Source: Polyangiaceae bacterium
GTDB lineage: Bacteria; Myxococcota_A; Polyangia; Polyangiales; Polyangiaceae
Direction: 5' to 3'
Assembly (NCBI GenBank): GCA_965222375.1
Contig: CBDCTZ010000011.1
Coordinates: 288,001 to 352,000, forward strand
Length of the DNA stretch: 64,000 nucleotides
Below, in pieces: positions 9,445-19,886 of the stretch (the stretch's first letter is position 1; each line of letters opens with the position of its first letter). The position numbers and the translations under genes were made by a program. Under the pieces are notes generated by a model. That model did no database searches and was not told the origin of the DNA. It saw only the letters and a program-made list of their open reading frames with translations.

Positions 9445-9975
9445 TCATGGTTGGCAGGTTCCGATCGACAGCCCTGCGACCGTGATTGGAATGCATTGAT
9501 TCGAGCCGCAGTCCGAGGGCTTTTGACAGAGTTGCGACACACCGGAAGGACACGCAGCGTTGCCCGTGCACGCCCAGCCTTTGGCCAGGCTGCCGCAGCA
9601 GGCGTTGCCATTGCAGTCCTCGGGGCCATCGCACTGCATTTGCGACGTTCCGGTGTCGCAGGTTGCCGAGCACGCGGGCCCCTTGCTGACCTGAATAGGG
9701 ATGCAGCACGAGTCACCTCCGCTGCAAGTAGTGCCGGTGCCGCAGTTCACGCTGGCGCTGCTGCTGCCACCGCTACCGGCCGCGCCGCCACTCGCACTGC
9801 CCGAGCTCCCACCACTCGCACTGCCCGAGCTCCCACCACTCGCACTGCCCGCAGTCCCGCCACTCGCGCTGCCTGCGGCGCCCCCGCTCGAACCTCCACC
9901 GGATCCCAAGTCGTCGTCGCTGGAACCACATGCCGTCAAAGAAAGAACCAATGCCGTCAACAAAGCTGTCTTCAT
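9445..9975 (-). CDS. Gly/Ser- and Cys-rich lipoprotein
   Basis: Lipobox LSLTAC, SASGGSSG repeats, CDGPEDC module; RBS AGGAG upstream. Confidence 0.8.
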   Translation of the reverse strand: MKTALLTALVLSLTACGSSDDDLGSGGGSSGGAAGSASGGTAGSASGGSSGSASGGSSGSASGGAAGSGGSSSASVNCGTGTTCSGGDSCCIPIQVSKGPACSATCDTGTSQMQCDGPEDCNGNACCGSLAKGWACTGNAACPSGVSQLCQKPSDCGSNQCIPITVAGLSIGTCQP

Positions 9976-10150
9976 CTAATCGCTCCTTGAAGCCGGTCGC
10001 CGCCGCTTCGCAAGAGCTGTGCCTGCTACTGCCAACGCGCGTTTAGGTCCAGCTCGTTTGCGATCCCGCGACACAGGAGTCGCACCCGTGCCGTCAGAGC
10101 ACGGTTCGGTTCCGGGTCGCGACGTACCCATGCATTCACGCGGCCCAAGT

Positions 10151-10197
10151 CGAGAGTAGTGGCCCAACCCGATCCAGTGATGCGACCCCAAAAACAA
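10151..10197 (+). repeat. Dispersed bipartite intergenic repeat, copy 1
   Basis: CGAGAGTAGTGGCCC-N17-CGACCCCAAAAACAA. Confidence 0.75.
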
Positions 10198-10449
10198 AAC
10201 GCCGATCGATCGTCACCCGGCTCAATCGCACGCTTGCGCGCCGCTCCTGAGCCCGTCGCTTCTGCTGGGACCTCGGAAGCCGTCGTGATGGGCGCGCATC
10301 CGATTCAGAACGGGTACGAGATTCTCACTCCAATGTAGTTTTGCGGCGCGCATGGAATTCCGAACATGAAGCGGTTGTCGCTTGTGCCCACCTACTTACA
10401 CCTACATACTCCGACGTAGGCGCACATCGACCTACAGGAGCAACACGCG

Positions 10450-11517
10450 GTGAAAGCAAGCGATCATGGGTGGTGGGTCGCCGGGATGCTTGTGCTCGCG
10501 TGCGGTGCGGAGCCGGCTCAGCCTCCGGAGGACGAGGCCGGGGACGGGCCCGATGACACTTTCCTTGCTGGCGGCAAGGCGGATGTGTTCGGCGTCGCTG
10601 ATGGCAGCGCAGAGTCGTGCGCGATCCGTCGGCTCGCGGCTGAAGCCGACTTCGAGACTCTAGACGTTGCCGCTGCGCTGAACCGCACGGCCGTCAAACA
10701 CATCATGGAGTTTCGTCAGGGTGCCGACGAAAAACTCGGCACCCCCGACGACCGTTGGTTCAAAGACCTCGCGAGCCTCGACGCTGTAAAATACGTGGGC
10801 AAGGTCGCCTTCAAGCGCCTCGTCGCATACGCGAAGGACCACGACGAGTGGAGCTGCGGTGCGGTCGACGTGCAGCTGCTCGCGTTCAATGATTTTCACG
10901 GTCGACTGCGGCCTCCAGCGGGTTTCGAGGGCACGATCTTCACGGACAGTGGCAGTACCAAAGCGGGCGGTGTCGAATACCTAGCGAGCCACGTCGCAGA
11001 GCATCGCGCCGCAAACCCGAATACCGTCGTGGTGGCTGCTGGTGACGTGATCGGGGCGACCCCACTGCTCTCCGCGCTGTTTCACGACGAGCCCACCATC
11101 GAAGCCATGAACTTGCTCGGCCTCGACGTGGCGGCGGTCGGTAATCATGAATTCGACGAAGGCCCAGCGGAGCTGCTGCGAATGCAGTCGGGTGGCTGTC
11201 ACCCCGATGACGGCTGCCAGGACGGCGACGGCTTTGATGGCGCGACCTTCAACTACTTGGCGGCCAATGTCGTGGTCGATTCGAGCCAGGAAACTCACCG
11301 ACTACCTGAAAGCCAGTGCTCCCCTCGCACCCCCCGAATTGGGACGAATCACCCGCCTCTGAGCCCAGAGTCTCGAGAGAAAGCGAATGCGAACCATGTA
11401 CCAACGTCGTGCCCCGAAAAACGCCATGGCTTGGGCGCCCATCGCAGCCCTGTTGGTCGCGGCCTGTGGCGGTGCGGAAACCACGGATCCGGACGCGCCC
11501 CTGGATCCCGCCGATGA
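10450..11517 (+). pseudogene. Truncated HhH-domain / 5'-nucleotidase (UshA-type metallophosphoesterase) lipoprotein
   Basis: Lipobox, GGKAD, HhH-like segment, then AFNDFHG, AAGDVIG, GNHEFD, YLAANV. Similarity stops near 11295, later motifs and the C-terminal domain are missing, and the frame runs into the next gene. Confidence 0.7.
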
Positions 11518-12418
11518 ATGCGCCACCTGCGCTGGCAAAGCCGATTCGAGTCTGCCCGAAGAGGGTAGCCGCGAAGCGAGAGGCCTGTTGAAGGTCGCGA
11601 ACACCGCGAGCTTCGAAGTGTTGGATGACGAAGTGCCGCTCAACCGCCTCGCTGCCAAGAACATCGTGAAGGACCGCACCGCCAATGGCGACTTCTTGAC
11701 CCTCAAAGCGTTGGACGACGTGCGCTGGGTCGGCAAGTCGGCGTTCAAGGCACTCAACAGTTACGCCATCGCCAATGGGTACATGGACAGCTGTCAGTCG
11801 GGTGCCCTCGAGCTTGGAATCATCTCGGATCTCGACGACACGGTGATTCCCCCCGCAACTCCAGAGCTTTCCGTGCCGCCCTACGCGGGCCAGGCGGCGC
11901 TGTATCAAGCGCTGGAGCGGCGACATGGCGGTAAGCTGGGTGATCTGACCTACGTGACAGCGCGCAAACCCGAGCGCGTCGTCGACGTTCCGGATTGGTT
12001 GAAGCAGCATGGCGTTCCCTTGGGGCCAATTGAGACGGGTATTTCGGGTGTGCCCTGGATTGCAGAAAAGGAGAAGGTCGACGACATCACCGGCGTGCTG
12101 GACGCGCATCCCGGGCAGAAGTTCGTCATGTTCGGTGACAACACGCACCGCGACCCCGAGGCCTATGCCAAGATCGTCGCGGACCATCCGGATCGGATCG
12201 AGGTCGCCATGATTCATGAGGTGGATCCTCTCGGGGATCCGGCCCGCTACGAAGGACTGGTGCTGTACGACAATGCCGTCGAGGCGGCCGCGGTCTTGCA
12301 AGTGCGGGGTCTGCTCACGGAACAGGAGACGGATGAGATCCGCGACCAGGCGAAAGCCGAGGGGCTCGACGTGACCCAGGCGCAGTACGACACCTGGCTC
12401 GACGAGCACGCGCCTTGA
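11387..12418 (+). CDS. Lipoprotein with HhH-like domain and App1/DUF2183-type HAD phosphatase domain
   Basis: Lipobox LVAAC, AGKAD, LDDVRWVGKSAF (HhH), IISDLDDTV (HAD motif I), YVTAR, FGDNTHRDPEAY. Confidence 0.75.
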   Translation: MRTMYQRRAPKNAMAWAPIAALLVAACGGAETTDPDAPLDPADECATCAGKADSSLPEEGSREARGLLKVANTASFEVLDDEVPLNRLAAKNIVKDRTANGDFLTLKALDDVRWVGKSAFKALNSYAIANGYMDSCQSGALELGIISDLDDTVIPPATPELSVPPYAGQAALYQALERRHGGKLGDLTYVTARKPERVVDVPDWLKQHGVPLGPIETGISGVPWIAEKEKVDDITGVLDAHPGQKFVMFGDNTHRDPEAYAKIVADHPDRIEVAMIHEVDPLGDPARYEGLVLYDNAVEAAAVLQVRGLLTEQETDEIRDQAKAEGLDVTQAQYDTWLDEHAP

Positions 12419-12431
12419 GAGCAGCCGCTCC

Positions 12432-13172
12432 ATGCCGACCGCGATAGTCACGGGTGCGACGGGCAAGATCGGCGGCGCTATTGCGCGCGGCCTAGCCGCC
12501 CGGGGTTACGACTTGGTGTTGCCCGTGCGGGCTCCGTCTCGGGCCAAGGGGCTGCCTGGACGCATCGTGCAAGTGGATCTCTCACGCAAAGCGTCCATAC
12601 AGAAATTCGCCCGAGGTTTTTCGGAGCCTGTGCATGTGCTCGTCAACAATGCGGCCGAGTGTCCGCGAAAGCGCGAGGAAACCTCCGATGGCATCGAGCG
12701 ACAGCTCGCCAGCAACGTGCTCGGCTATCTCTGGATGACGCTGGCTTTCGAGAAAGCGTTGGCGGCGTCTGCGCCCAGTCGCGTGGTGTTTGTGGCGAGC
12801 TATTGGGCGGGAGGGCTGGACCTCGAGGACCTGGAGTTCCGCCGCCGCGCCTACGACAACGACTCGGCCTACCGCCAATCCAAACAAGCCAACCGTATGC
12901 TCGCAGCTGCACTGGCCGAGCGATTGTCGGCCTCCAAGATCTGGATCGGTTCCTGCCACCCCGGCGACGTGAACTCGAAGCTCTCCAACGATCTGGGATT
13001 TGGTGGCCACGAGTCCCCAGAGCAAGGCGCGGAAACGCCGCTGTGGCTGGCCACCGGCGACGGTACCGGCCCAGAGGGTACGTACTTCGCGCATCGGCGC
13101 GCGGAGCATTGCAAGTTTTGCGACGACGCTGCGGCAGTAGCATCTTTGCACCAGAGGCTTCTCGCCTTCTAG
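12432..13172 (+). CDS. Short-chain dehydrogenase/reductase
   Basis: TGATGKIG, LVNNAA, YRQSK. Confidence 0.9.
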   Translation: MPTAIVTGATGKIGGAIARGLAARGYDLVLPVRAPSRAKGLPGRIVQVDLSRKASIQKFARGFSEPVHVLVNNAAECPRKREETSDGIERQLASNVLGYLWMTLAFEKALAASAPSRVVFVASYWAGGLDLEDLEFRRRAYDNDSAYRQSKQANRMLAAALAERLSASKIWIGSCHPGDVNSKLSNDLGFGGHESPEQGAETPLWLATGDGTGPEGTYFAHRRAEHCKFCDDAAAVASLHQRLLAF

Positions 13173-14608
13173 TACCTGCGAGAACGTGGAGCTGACTCCA
13201 GCAGATCTTCGGAACGCTCGCGCGGCAACCCGTAGCGCTTCAAGATCGTGCGGCTGCGCTTCTCGGCCAGCGCCCGCTCCACCACGATGCGCTCGCCACT
13301 GGCGAGCTCGAACCTGAGGAACTCGTCTTTGGTCGCCTCCACAATCGAAATCAGGTGACGCAGATCGCGAACCCGTTTGCCCTGTGCTCGAACCACGACC
13401 TGGCTCTCGAAGCCGTGGTACCCCTGGTTGACTTCGTCGGCGAGCACCTTCTGCAGCACGACTACTTCCAGCCGCCCACGGGTCGGGATCCCATGTTCGT
13501 ACAGCGCCACCAAATTTCGCGGTGCGCTGGACCACCAATCCTCACCCCAGGTCTGCAGGTAGTCTCGAGATAGCGGCACGAACAGCAACCCGGCGTAGGT
13601 GAAATAGGAAGGGCGGACATCGTAGCGATTCTCTTCGACCAGGCGACGTGGTGGTAGCAGCGGAACGGTTACGGCCAAGCGCTCACGCTTTCGCCAAATC
13701 ACCAGCTCGAGCTCTTCGCCGACGTGGCGTTGCGCCACGATATGCGAGAAGTCGATTCGTTCCCCTTTGCGAAAGCGAACACTGCCGTCGGAACCGATCT
13801 TTCGACCATCGACTTCCAACAGTACGTCTTCTTTGCGTAGCAGCTTGTGAGCTGAACCACCAAAGTTCGCCGCCACGACGACGATGCCGCCCGGGATCTC
13901 TTTGGGTAGGTCGAGGAAGCGCCGAAACGCCGGGCTCTCGAGACTCTGAGTGACGACGCCAAGATCCGGAAAGCCATCGAAGGTGCCGTCTTCCATGTCA
14001 CGCAGGAAGTGATCGACCACGGGTGCGCCGATCATGTAGCCGATGTTCTGGCCCTCATCGTTCGCTTGGAACGCGACGCCCACGATTTTGCCCTCCTGAT
14101 CGACCACGGGTCCGCCGCTGTTTCCCGAGTTGATCGCGGCATCGATCTGCACCGCCAGAAGCCGCCGCTGGCTCTGTGCATAGGCGGAGATCTCGATGCG
14201 GGATACGACCCCCTCGGTTAGCGACAATCGATCTCCACCGATGGGATAGCCGAGGACGGTGACACGGTCGCCTAGGATGGGCAGATCACCGATGGAGATC
14301 GGCTCTGTACCATCGAAGAAGGACTCGTCTTCAATTGTCAGTACCGCGAGATCGCAGACGTGACCGACCCCCTCCACCTGGGCGACGAACTTGCTGGACT
14401 TGCCGAAGCGCCGCACTTCGACGAAGGCTTGGTTTTCGACCACGTGTGCGTTCGTGAGCACTCGGAGCCCATGCTTGGTTGCTACGATACTGCCGGAGCC
14501 GAAGGAACTCTCCGGACCCTGGGTCTGCCAGGGCTGGTCGTAGTCCGGTGCATCCGAATGCGTGAAGATCTTGACGACGGATCTCCGGGCTACCGCCAGG
14601 TCGGGCAT
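13169..14608 (-). CDS. HtrA/Deg-type serine protease with PDZ domains, no signal peptide
   Basis: Catalytic triad motifs TNAHVV, CDLAVL, GNSGGP; PDZ-like C-terminal half resembling the Deg2/Deg9 type. Confidence 0.9.
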   Translation of the reverse strand: MPDLAVARRSVVKIFTHSDAPDYDQPWQTQGPESSFGSGSIVATKHGLRVLTNAHVVENQAFVEVRRFGKSSKFVAQVEGVGHVCDLAVLTIEDESFFDGTEPISIGDLPILGDRVTVLGYPIGGDRLSLTEGVVSRIEISAYAQSQRRLLAVQIDAAINSGNSGGPVVDQEGKIVGVAFQANDEGQNIGYMIGAPVVDHFLRDMEDGTFDGFPDLGVVTQSLESPAFRRFLDLPKEIPGGIVVVAANFGGSAHKLLRKEDVLLEVDGRKIGSDGSVRFRKGERIDFSHIVAQRHVGEELELVIWRKRERLAVTVPLLPPRRLVEENRYDVRPSYFTYAGLLFVPLSRDYLQTWGEDWWSSAPRNLVALYEHGIPTRGRLEVVVLQKVLADEVNQGYHGFESQVVVRAQGKRVRDLRHLISIVEATKDEFLRFELASGERIVVERALAEKRSRTILKRYGLPRERSEDLLESAPRSRRY

Positions 14609-14677
14609 GGTGGCGCGAGTATAGGCTCAAACCCCCTTTTTCGAGCCGCGGTTCGCAGGCGTCGTCGGAGGGCCTTG

Positions 14678-14772
14678 TTTTTGGTTGGGTTGGGGCGACG
14701 ACACGCTGCGCGATACCCGAGGGGGTAGTACCCGGAGGGGTGCCACCCTGGGCCGGGTGGGGCCACTATTCT
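14678..14772 (-). repeat. Dispersed bipartite intergenic repeat, copy 2 (long form)
   Basis: Minus strand AGAATAGTGGCCC...ACCCCCTCGGGTATCGCGCAGCGTGTCGTCGCCCCAACCCAACCAAAAA; the internal block is shared with copy 6. Confidence 0.65.
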
Positions 14773-14928
14773 AGAACTCGGCCACCCTGGGCCACCGCCT
14801 CGGGGGCCTTCTCGCGGTCGGCAACCAGGTGGACGCGTCGCGAGGGCGTGCACGATTCAACCTTGCACTCTGCGACGTGGGCGCTAGCAGTCGCCGGGGG
14901 CCTCTCGATTCCTGCGCACGATGTGAAC

Positions 14929-16209
14929 CTAGTTCGCGAAGATCTCAATTTCGTTCATGAAGATCTGAAAGGGAATCAACACGTAGCCCTGGAGGCCTAC
15001 GACCCGAACGCGCGTCGTTGCAACGCTGGCGAAGGTAAAGGTCACCGTCGACTTCAGGCTCTTCGAAACTTCCGCTACGGTCTGAAAACTGGAACCCGCC
15101 CAAACCTGGATTCGCAAGCTGTTGATTGGCAGCGCGCTCGGCATGGTTACGACCACTCGCCCCACGGATTGGGGTGCGAGCCACTGCAGGTCCACCCATC
15201 CCGGCAAAGGCTGAGACGAACTGCTCGCCCAAGCCGAGCTAGGAGCGTACGAGGACGTTGTCTTCACGCCGTCATTGAGCACGGTGACCGAGCGCTTGGT
15301 TGCCGTGCTCGAAGCGCTCAATGAGGCGGTCGCCGCCAGGTTCACCGTACCCCCACTTCCACCTGACGCACCGCTTCCACCGGTGGCGCCCACGCCCCCA
15401 CTGCCACCAGTTCCACCGCCACCTGTCGCGCCCGCGCCGCCCGCTCCTCCCGAGCCCCCGCCCCCGCTGGCGGCTGCGCCTCCCGTTGCCCCGGTCGACC
15501 CCCCGCCGGCAGCGCCCCCGATTGCTCCTGTGGCGCCGCCGCTGGCGGTTCCCCCACTTCCTCCTGTGGGTCCGGCATCGCCATCGTGTTGCGCGAAGCA
15601 TACTCCGCTGAGGCAGGACGCTACGCCGCAACCGTTGTCGCAGCTGCCGCAATGCGCGGGATCTGCCATGAGATCGACGCATTGCGTCCCGCAGCGGGAA
15701 AGCGCCCCGTCACAGGACGGAATGCAGCTGCCAGCCTCGCACCTCTCGCCAACGGAGCAAATGAGCCCGCACTGGCCGCAGCTCGCTGGGTCAGTCTTCA
15801 GATCGACGCAACTCGAACCGCACTGGGTCAGCCCAGGCGCGCAAGCGGTGGCGCAGGCGCCCTGTGAGCACACGGACTCGCCTTTGCACCGCCGGTAGCA
15901 CTCGCCGCAGTGGCTCGCACTCGTTTGTAGATTTGCACACGAGCCGTCACAAGCCGTCTCTGAGGCCCAACACGTACTCTTGCACTCTCCGGCTGCGCAG
16001 AACTCGCTGGCGCCACAACTTCTGCCGCAGGCACCGCAGTTGTTCACATCAGCGTCGAGATCGACGCACTCGTCGCCGCATCTCGTGCGCTGAGCTTCGC
16101 AGCCGTCGGGTGACGGCGTTTTCGCGCCATCTGTGACGTCGCCTCCGGTGGCGCATGCTTGAGCCAGGGCGCATAAACAGAACCAGTGGTAAGGGCGTGG
16201 CCAACCCAT
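14929..16209 (-). CDS. Cys-rich repeat lipoprotein (MXAN_6577/Stig1-like) with Gly linker and C-terminal discoidin/F5-8-like domain
   Basis: Four CVDLxxDxxxCGxCGxxC repeats, Gly linker, [12 protein letters not shown]...LNDG...WVDLQW...TTRVRV...EIEIF. Confidence 0.8.
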   Translation of the reverse strand: MGWPRPYHWFCLCALAQACATGGDVTDGAKTPSPDGCEAQRTRCGDECVDLDADVNNCGACGRSCGASEFCAAGECKSTCWASETACDGSCANLQTSASHCGECYRRCKGESVCSQGACATACAPGLTQCGSSCVDLKTDPASCGQCGLICSVGERCEAGSCIPSCDGALSRCGTQCVDLMADPAHCGSCDNGCGVASCLSGVCFAQHDGDAGPTGGSGGTASGGATGAIGGAAGGGSTGATGGAAASGGGGSGGAGGAGATGGGGTGGSGGVGATGGSGASGGSGGTVNLAATASLSASSTATKRSVTVLNDGVKTTSSYAPSSAWASSSSQPLPGWVDLQWLAPQSVGRVVVTMPSALPINSLRIQVWAGSSFQTVAEVSKSLKSTVTFTFASVATTRVRVVGLQGYVLIPFQIFMNEIEIFAN

Positions 16210-16237
16210 GGTGGGATGAACGCTGCAATTCGTGTTC

Positions 16238-16337
16238 CGCTGTCGTTGAACTCGCGGTCTACGGGGCCATCGAGCAGTACTGCGCTGTTGTTGAACTCGC
16301 GGTCTACGGGGCCATCGAGCAGTATTGCGCTGTCGTG
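16238..16337 (+). repeat. 45-nt tandem direct repeat (2 copies plus a partial third)
   Basis: CGCTGTYGTTGAACTCGCGGTCTACGGGGCCATCGAGCAGTAYTG at 16238 and 16283, partial at 16328. Confidence 0.85.
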
Positions 16338-16419
16338 CCGGCTTTCGCTGGCCGCTCAGTGGGCCGCCCAAGCCGACATTGGACTGTTAGAGCATACCGC
16401 TGCGCGAAAGAGCCCAGCG

Positions 16420-17709
16420 CTACGGTTCCCAGTCCGATCCCTGGGGAGGCTTGGGCGCAGGCGGGTCTTTCGACGTGGCGGGTTTGGCGGGCCGGCGTGC
16501 TTTGGTGGGCCGCTTCGGCTTGGTGGCCTTCTTGGGTGGCGTCTTGCTTGGCTTGCCCCCCGAAGCGTCCGTCTTGGTGGCAGAGCCTTCGGTTTCCTCC
16601 GACTCTTCGGACTCCCCGGCCTCCTTCGAGTCGTCGCTATTGGGCGGGGGCTCTGGGGCGATCCCCGCCACGACGCCGGACTTTCCGGGCTTGAGAGTCA
16701 CGATAAAACGCGGCGGTGTCTGAGGATTGCAGCCGCCGATGAACCCCGTCGAATCGAAGGCCGTTTCGAATTTGCCGCGGCGCTCTTTGCCCTTCGCGTC
16801 CCACAGCGAAACCTCAACGCGTAGCTCGCGTACGCCACCGCGGGCTGGTGAGCAATATGCCAGCAGGTAGTGCTGACTGTAGGCGCGGTCGACCATCTCT
16901 GCAGCATTGACGAAACCCACCCCAGACATTTCTGGCGACGTCGGCCGAATGACGCCGGCGCGCCCGACCTGCTTGAGCTTGAAGCGCGAGTCCTCGGATT
17001 CGAAGCCGATGGCGTAGACGCGGTGCTGCGAGCTTTCCAACTTGGCGGCGACAACTTCGTCTGCGACGCGACCCGCCAGATCGCCGCCCCGAGTGAAGAC
17101 GACCAGGCTGCCAACGCGCACGGGCTTCTTTTCGCCTCCAAGACGCTGGTCCAGCTGCGTCAGCCCTTCGATCACCGCGCCGTTCAGGTTGCGGGAAGCG
17201 TCTTGGCTGACGGTCTGTGTCAGCTTCTTGAGGTGCTTTGGCCCATCCGGCTCGATCGCTTGCGGGTATTCCCCGATGAACTTCAGCTTGGGGCCACCGT
17301 CGAAGCTGAAGACCGAGACGGTCTGGCGTTTGCGAATGGCCTTGACGAAACCAGCCGCTCCCCGCGCGACTGCGTGAGCGCCTCGCTTGTCGCTGATGTC
17401 GACTAGGAGCACCGTGCGGTGAACCGCTGCGACAGTCGGGTCCAGCAGAACCTGGTGGCTCTTGGTCGGATCGAGGCGCTCGCCGTTTTCGAAGATCTCG
17501 AAGCCGGCCGACGTGAGGTCTGGGACCGGCGTGTCTCCCTGGGTCACGGCAACGTAAACGGCGACGTTGGCTGGTCGCTGCACGGAAGTTGCCACGGGCG
17601 TGACGACCACGCGATTCGGCTGGCAGCCCACCGCCACCGCAAGCGCGGCTGTCATGAAGATGGGTTTCACTGCGCTGCCGGCGTTTCCAAGCGGGTCTAG
17701 AGCCATCAC
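16420..17709 (-). CDS. VWA-like domain lipoprotein with low-complexity Lys/Pro tail
   Basis: Lipobox AVAVGC, TVLLVDIS, SLVVFT, HYLLAYCSPAR; true start may be the Met of MTAALAV. Confidence 0.7.
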   Translation of the reverse strand: MMALDPLGNAGSAVKPIFMTAALAVAVGCQPNRVVVTPVATSVQRPANVAVYVAVTQGDTPVPDLTSAGFEIFENGERLDPTKSHQVLLDPTVAAVHRTVLLVDISDKRGAHAVARGAAGFVKAIRKRQTVSVFSFDGGPKLKFIGEYPQAIEPDGPKHLKKLTQTVSQDASRNLNGAVIEGLTQLDQRLGGEKKPVRVGSLVVFTRGGDLAGRVADEVVAAKLESSQHRVYAIGFESEDSRFKLKQVGRAGVIRPTSPEMSGVGFVNAAEMVDRAYSQHYLLAYCSPARGGVRELRVEVSLWDAKGKERRGKFETAFDSTGFIGGCNPQTPPRFIVTLKPGKSGVVAGIAPEPPPNSDDSKEAGESEESEETEGSATKTDASGGKPSKTPPKKATKPKRPTKARRPAKPATSKDPPAPKPPQGSDWEP

Positions 17710-17823
17710 GGGTTGGTGGGTAGAACGGTGAGCTACCGCGTCTGTTCTGTCAACGAGCAGGTGCGACTTCGCCGCGAGTTGCAGCGGAGTCGCACCAGGC
17801 TGCTACAGTGGCTCATCCGCGCC

Positions 17824-18708
17824 ATGTTTCGTCTCACTGTCTTAGTCATTGCTGCGCTGCTCATCATGTCTTGCGTACGGCGCGGTCCGCCGGCGGAGTT
17901 TGGCAAGGGACCTCTCGTTGTTGCGGAGGCCACTCCGCAAATCGCCGCCCTCGAACGCAAGATGGCCGCGCGGCTGAACCGCGACCGCGCGAAGAATGGG
18001 CTTCCACCTCTCGCCTACGATGCTGCCCTCGCAGACATCGCGCGAGCACACTCCAAGGACATGCACGACCGAGGGTTCTTCGACCACGACTCTCCCTTCA
18101 CGGGCTCGCTTCAAGATCGCATCGATCGCGCCGGCTACCTGGCGAAGACCGCGCGAGAGAACCTCGGCGAGGGAGCGAACATCGATGGTGCTCAGGACTT
18201 GCTACTGAGCAGCCCCGGCCACCACGCAAACATCATGGCCAAGGACGTCACCCACGTCGGGATCGGAATCCTCGACGTGGGTACGAAGAAGCAACCGAAA
18301 TTGCTCGTGACTCAGGTGTTCGCTACGCCGGTCAAGAGCCAGGACCCGGGGCAGGCCCGCGCTGTCCTCGTGCGTCGAATCGCCCAAGCCCGCCGCGCAG
18401 CCGGGCTGGCGCCGCTGCCGTCGCACCCCCTACTCGAGAAGCTGGCCAAAAAGCACATGAGCGAAGTCCCGGACGGCCAGGAGACCGCTGCCAACAAGCG
18501 CATTGGCGACGCCATCGTGGGCCAGCTCGAAGGCAGTGGCATGGGTTCGGTGATCGTGGGCACCACGGTGTTCTTGTCACCGGACATGTACGAACCGACC
18601 GGCCTCGTCGTGACCCGCGGCGCACGAGGCTATGGCTTGGCCACGTCCTCGGGTCGGGACGAACAAGGGCGTCCGGCGATCAAGGCGTTGATTCTGGTGG
18701 GGCAGTGA
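17824..18708 (+). CDS. CAP/SCP domain lipoprotein
   Basis: LNRDRAKNGLPPL, ARAHSKDM, ENLG, SPGHHANIM, HVGIG; degenerate second CAP repeat; ATG 17824. Confidence 0.85.
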   Translation: MFRLTVLVIAALLIMSCVRRGPPAEFGKGPLVVAEATPQIAALERKMAARLNRDRAKNGLPPLAYDAALADIARAHSKDMHDRGFFDHDSPFTGSLQDRIDRAGYLAKTARENLGEGANIDGAQDLLLSSPGHHANIMAKDVTHVGIGILDVGTKKQPKLLVTQVFATPVKSQDPGQARAVLVRRIAQARRAAGLAPLPSHPLLEKLAKKHMSEVPDGQETAANKRIGDAIVGQLEGSGMGSVIVGTTVFLSPDMYEPTGLVVTRGARGYGLATSSGRDEQGRPAIKALILVGQ

Positions 18709-19301
18709 CTAGTCAAACGGGTGCTGCGGAAGGTTCGGAGTCGCGTTCGCAGCAACGAAGTGTCAGCTGGGCGACGCTGACTCTCGAGCGTTGTCGAACA
18801 CACTCACGTGTGACACCACCGCCACGGCTGCTCCTGTCCAGATTGCGCCATACCGACAGTTTCTGACGGGCACGGAACCTGCACGGAGAACCTGCATGCG
18901 ATTGCTCGTTGCGTTGGCATTGGGTTCCTCGGTTGTTTCGGCGTCCCTTCCCGCCTCTGCTAACTGCGCGGCAGGCGCTCGTGGGTGCTATTGTCAACGG
19001 GCATCCGAAACGGCGTCTAAGTGGGCGGCATGGCGGAGGTGCCCATATTTGCGCGTGAGTGATGCCCGGATTTACGCCGTCGGATAGAGCGCGTGAAATT
19101 GGGCCCGGTCGGGTGGGCGCTTGGATGATCTCGATGCCCAGATAGATGAAAGGCCCGGGGCGCAACCCGAGCCTTTCCAACCGCGATCAGTTGTGGCGCA
19201 AGCATCGCTGATAGCGGCGTACGGATCCAGAAAACTGCTGGGCGGAGTCCGCGATCAGCGATTCGTTCCGGCTTTTCAACTGTCAGCGGTGCCACGGCCA
19301 G

Positions 19302-19886
19302 GTGAAGCTTTGCCAACGTTGCGACCGAGGGCAGCTGTATTGCAGCAGTGACTGCGCTTCAATAAGTCGCAGCCAAAGCGTGCGAGAGGCGGGGGCTCGG
19401 TACCAGCGCACGCGCCGTGGAGCGCGGCTTCACGCAGAGCGACAAGCCCGTCACCGGGCGCGGCGGCGAGAAAAAGTGACGCATCACCCCTCGTCATTAG
19501 ACGCCAGCGGGCGCAGCAGTGGACCCGAGAGTGAGGCGGCACGGCACGCCGTCCTCGAGGCTAACCCCAATGATGCGTCTGACAGCCCAGCTTCAGGTTT
19601 CGAAAACGGAGATGCAGCTTCTGGTGACGTCTCCGGAACAAGGGGATGTGCTGAAAGCGAGGCTGTCGCTGCGACCGTCTCACCCTCGCGCTCTTCTGAC
19701 ATTGCTCGAAGGGCTCGCGCTGTGGAGCGGGGCGAAGCTCTGCGTTGCGATTACTGCGGAGCAGAACTGCCCAAGTTGGCTCGACTCGGGGCTGTTTGGC
19801 GACGAGCTATGGCCCGGGGAAAGCCAACTCGTGCAGTACGAGGTCGCCGGCCGCGCCCGCCCAAAGCGCCTACGAGGCGTGGGTGA
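19302..19886 (+). CDS. IS21 accessory ORF 1, Cys-rich putative Zn-binding protein
   Basis: CQRCDRGQLYCSSDC, Arg-rich helix, C-terminal CDYCG. The open frame extends upstream (FRLFNCQRCHG) without a canonical start codon. Confidence 0.55.
   Translation: MKLCQRCDRGQLYCSSDCASISRSQSVREAGARYQRTRRGARLHAERQARHRARRREKVTHHPSSLDASGRSSGPESEAARHAVLEANPNDASDSPASGFENGDAASGDVSGTRGCAESEAVAATVSPSRSSDIARRARAVERGEALRCDYCGAELPKLARLGAVWRRAMARGKPTRAVRGRRPRPPKAPTRRG

Noticed and set aside
9788..9870. 24-nt tandem repeats
   Set aside because: They encode the SASGGSSG linker of a lipoprotein.
16238..16337. Possible mini CRISPR array
   Set aside because: The repeats are contiguous with no unique spacers, and there are no cas genes in the window.
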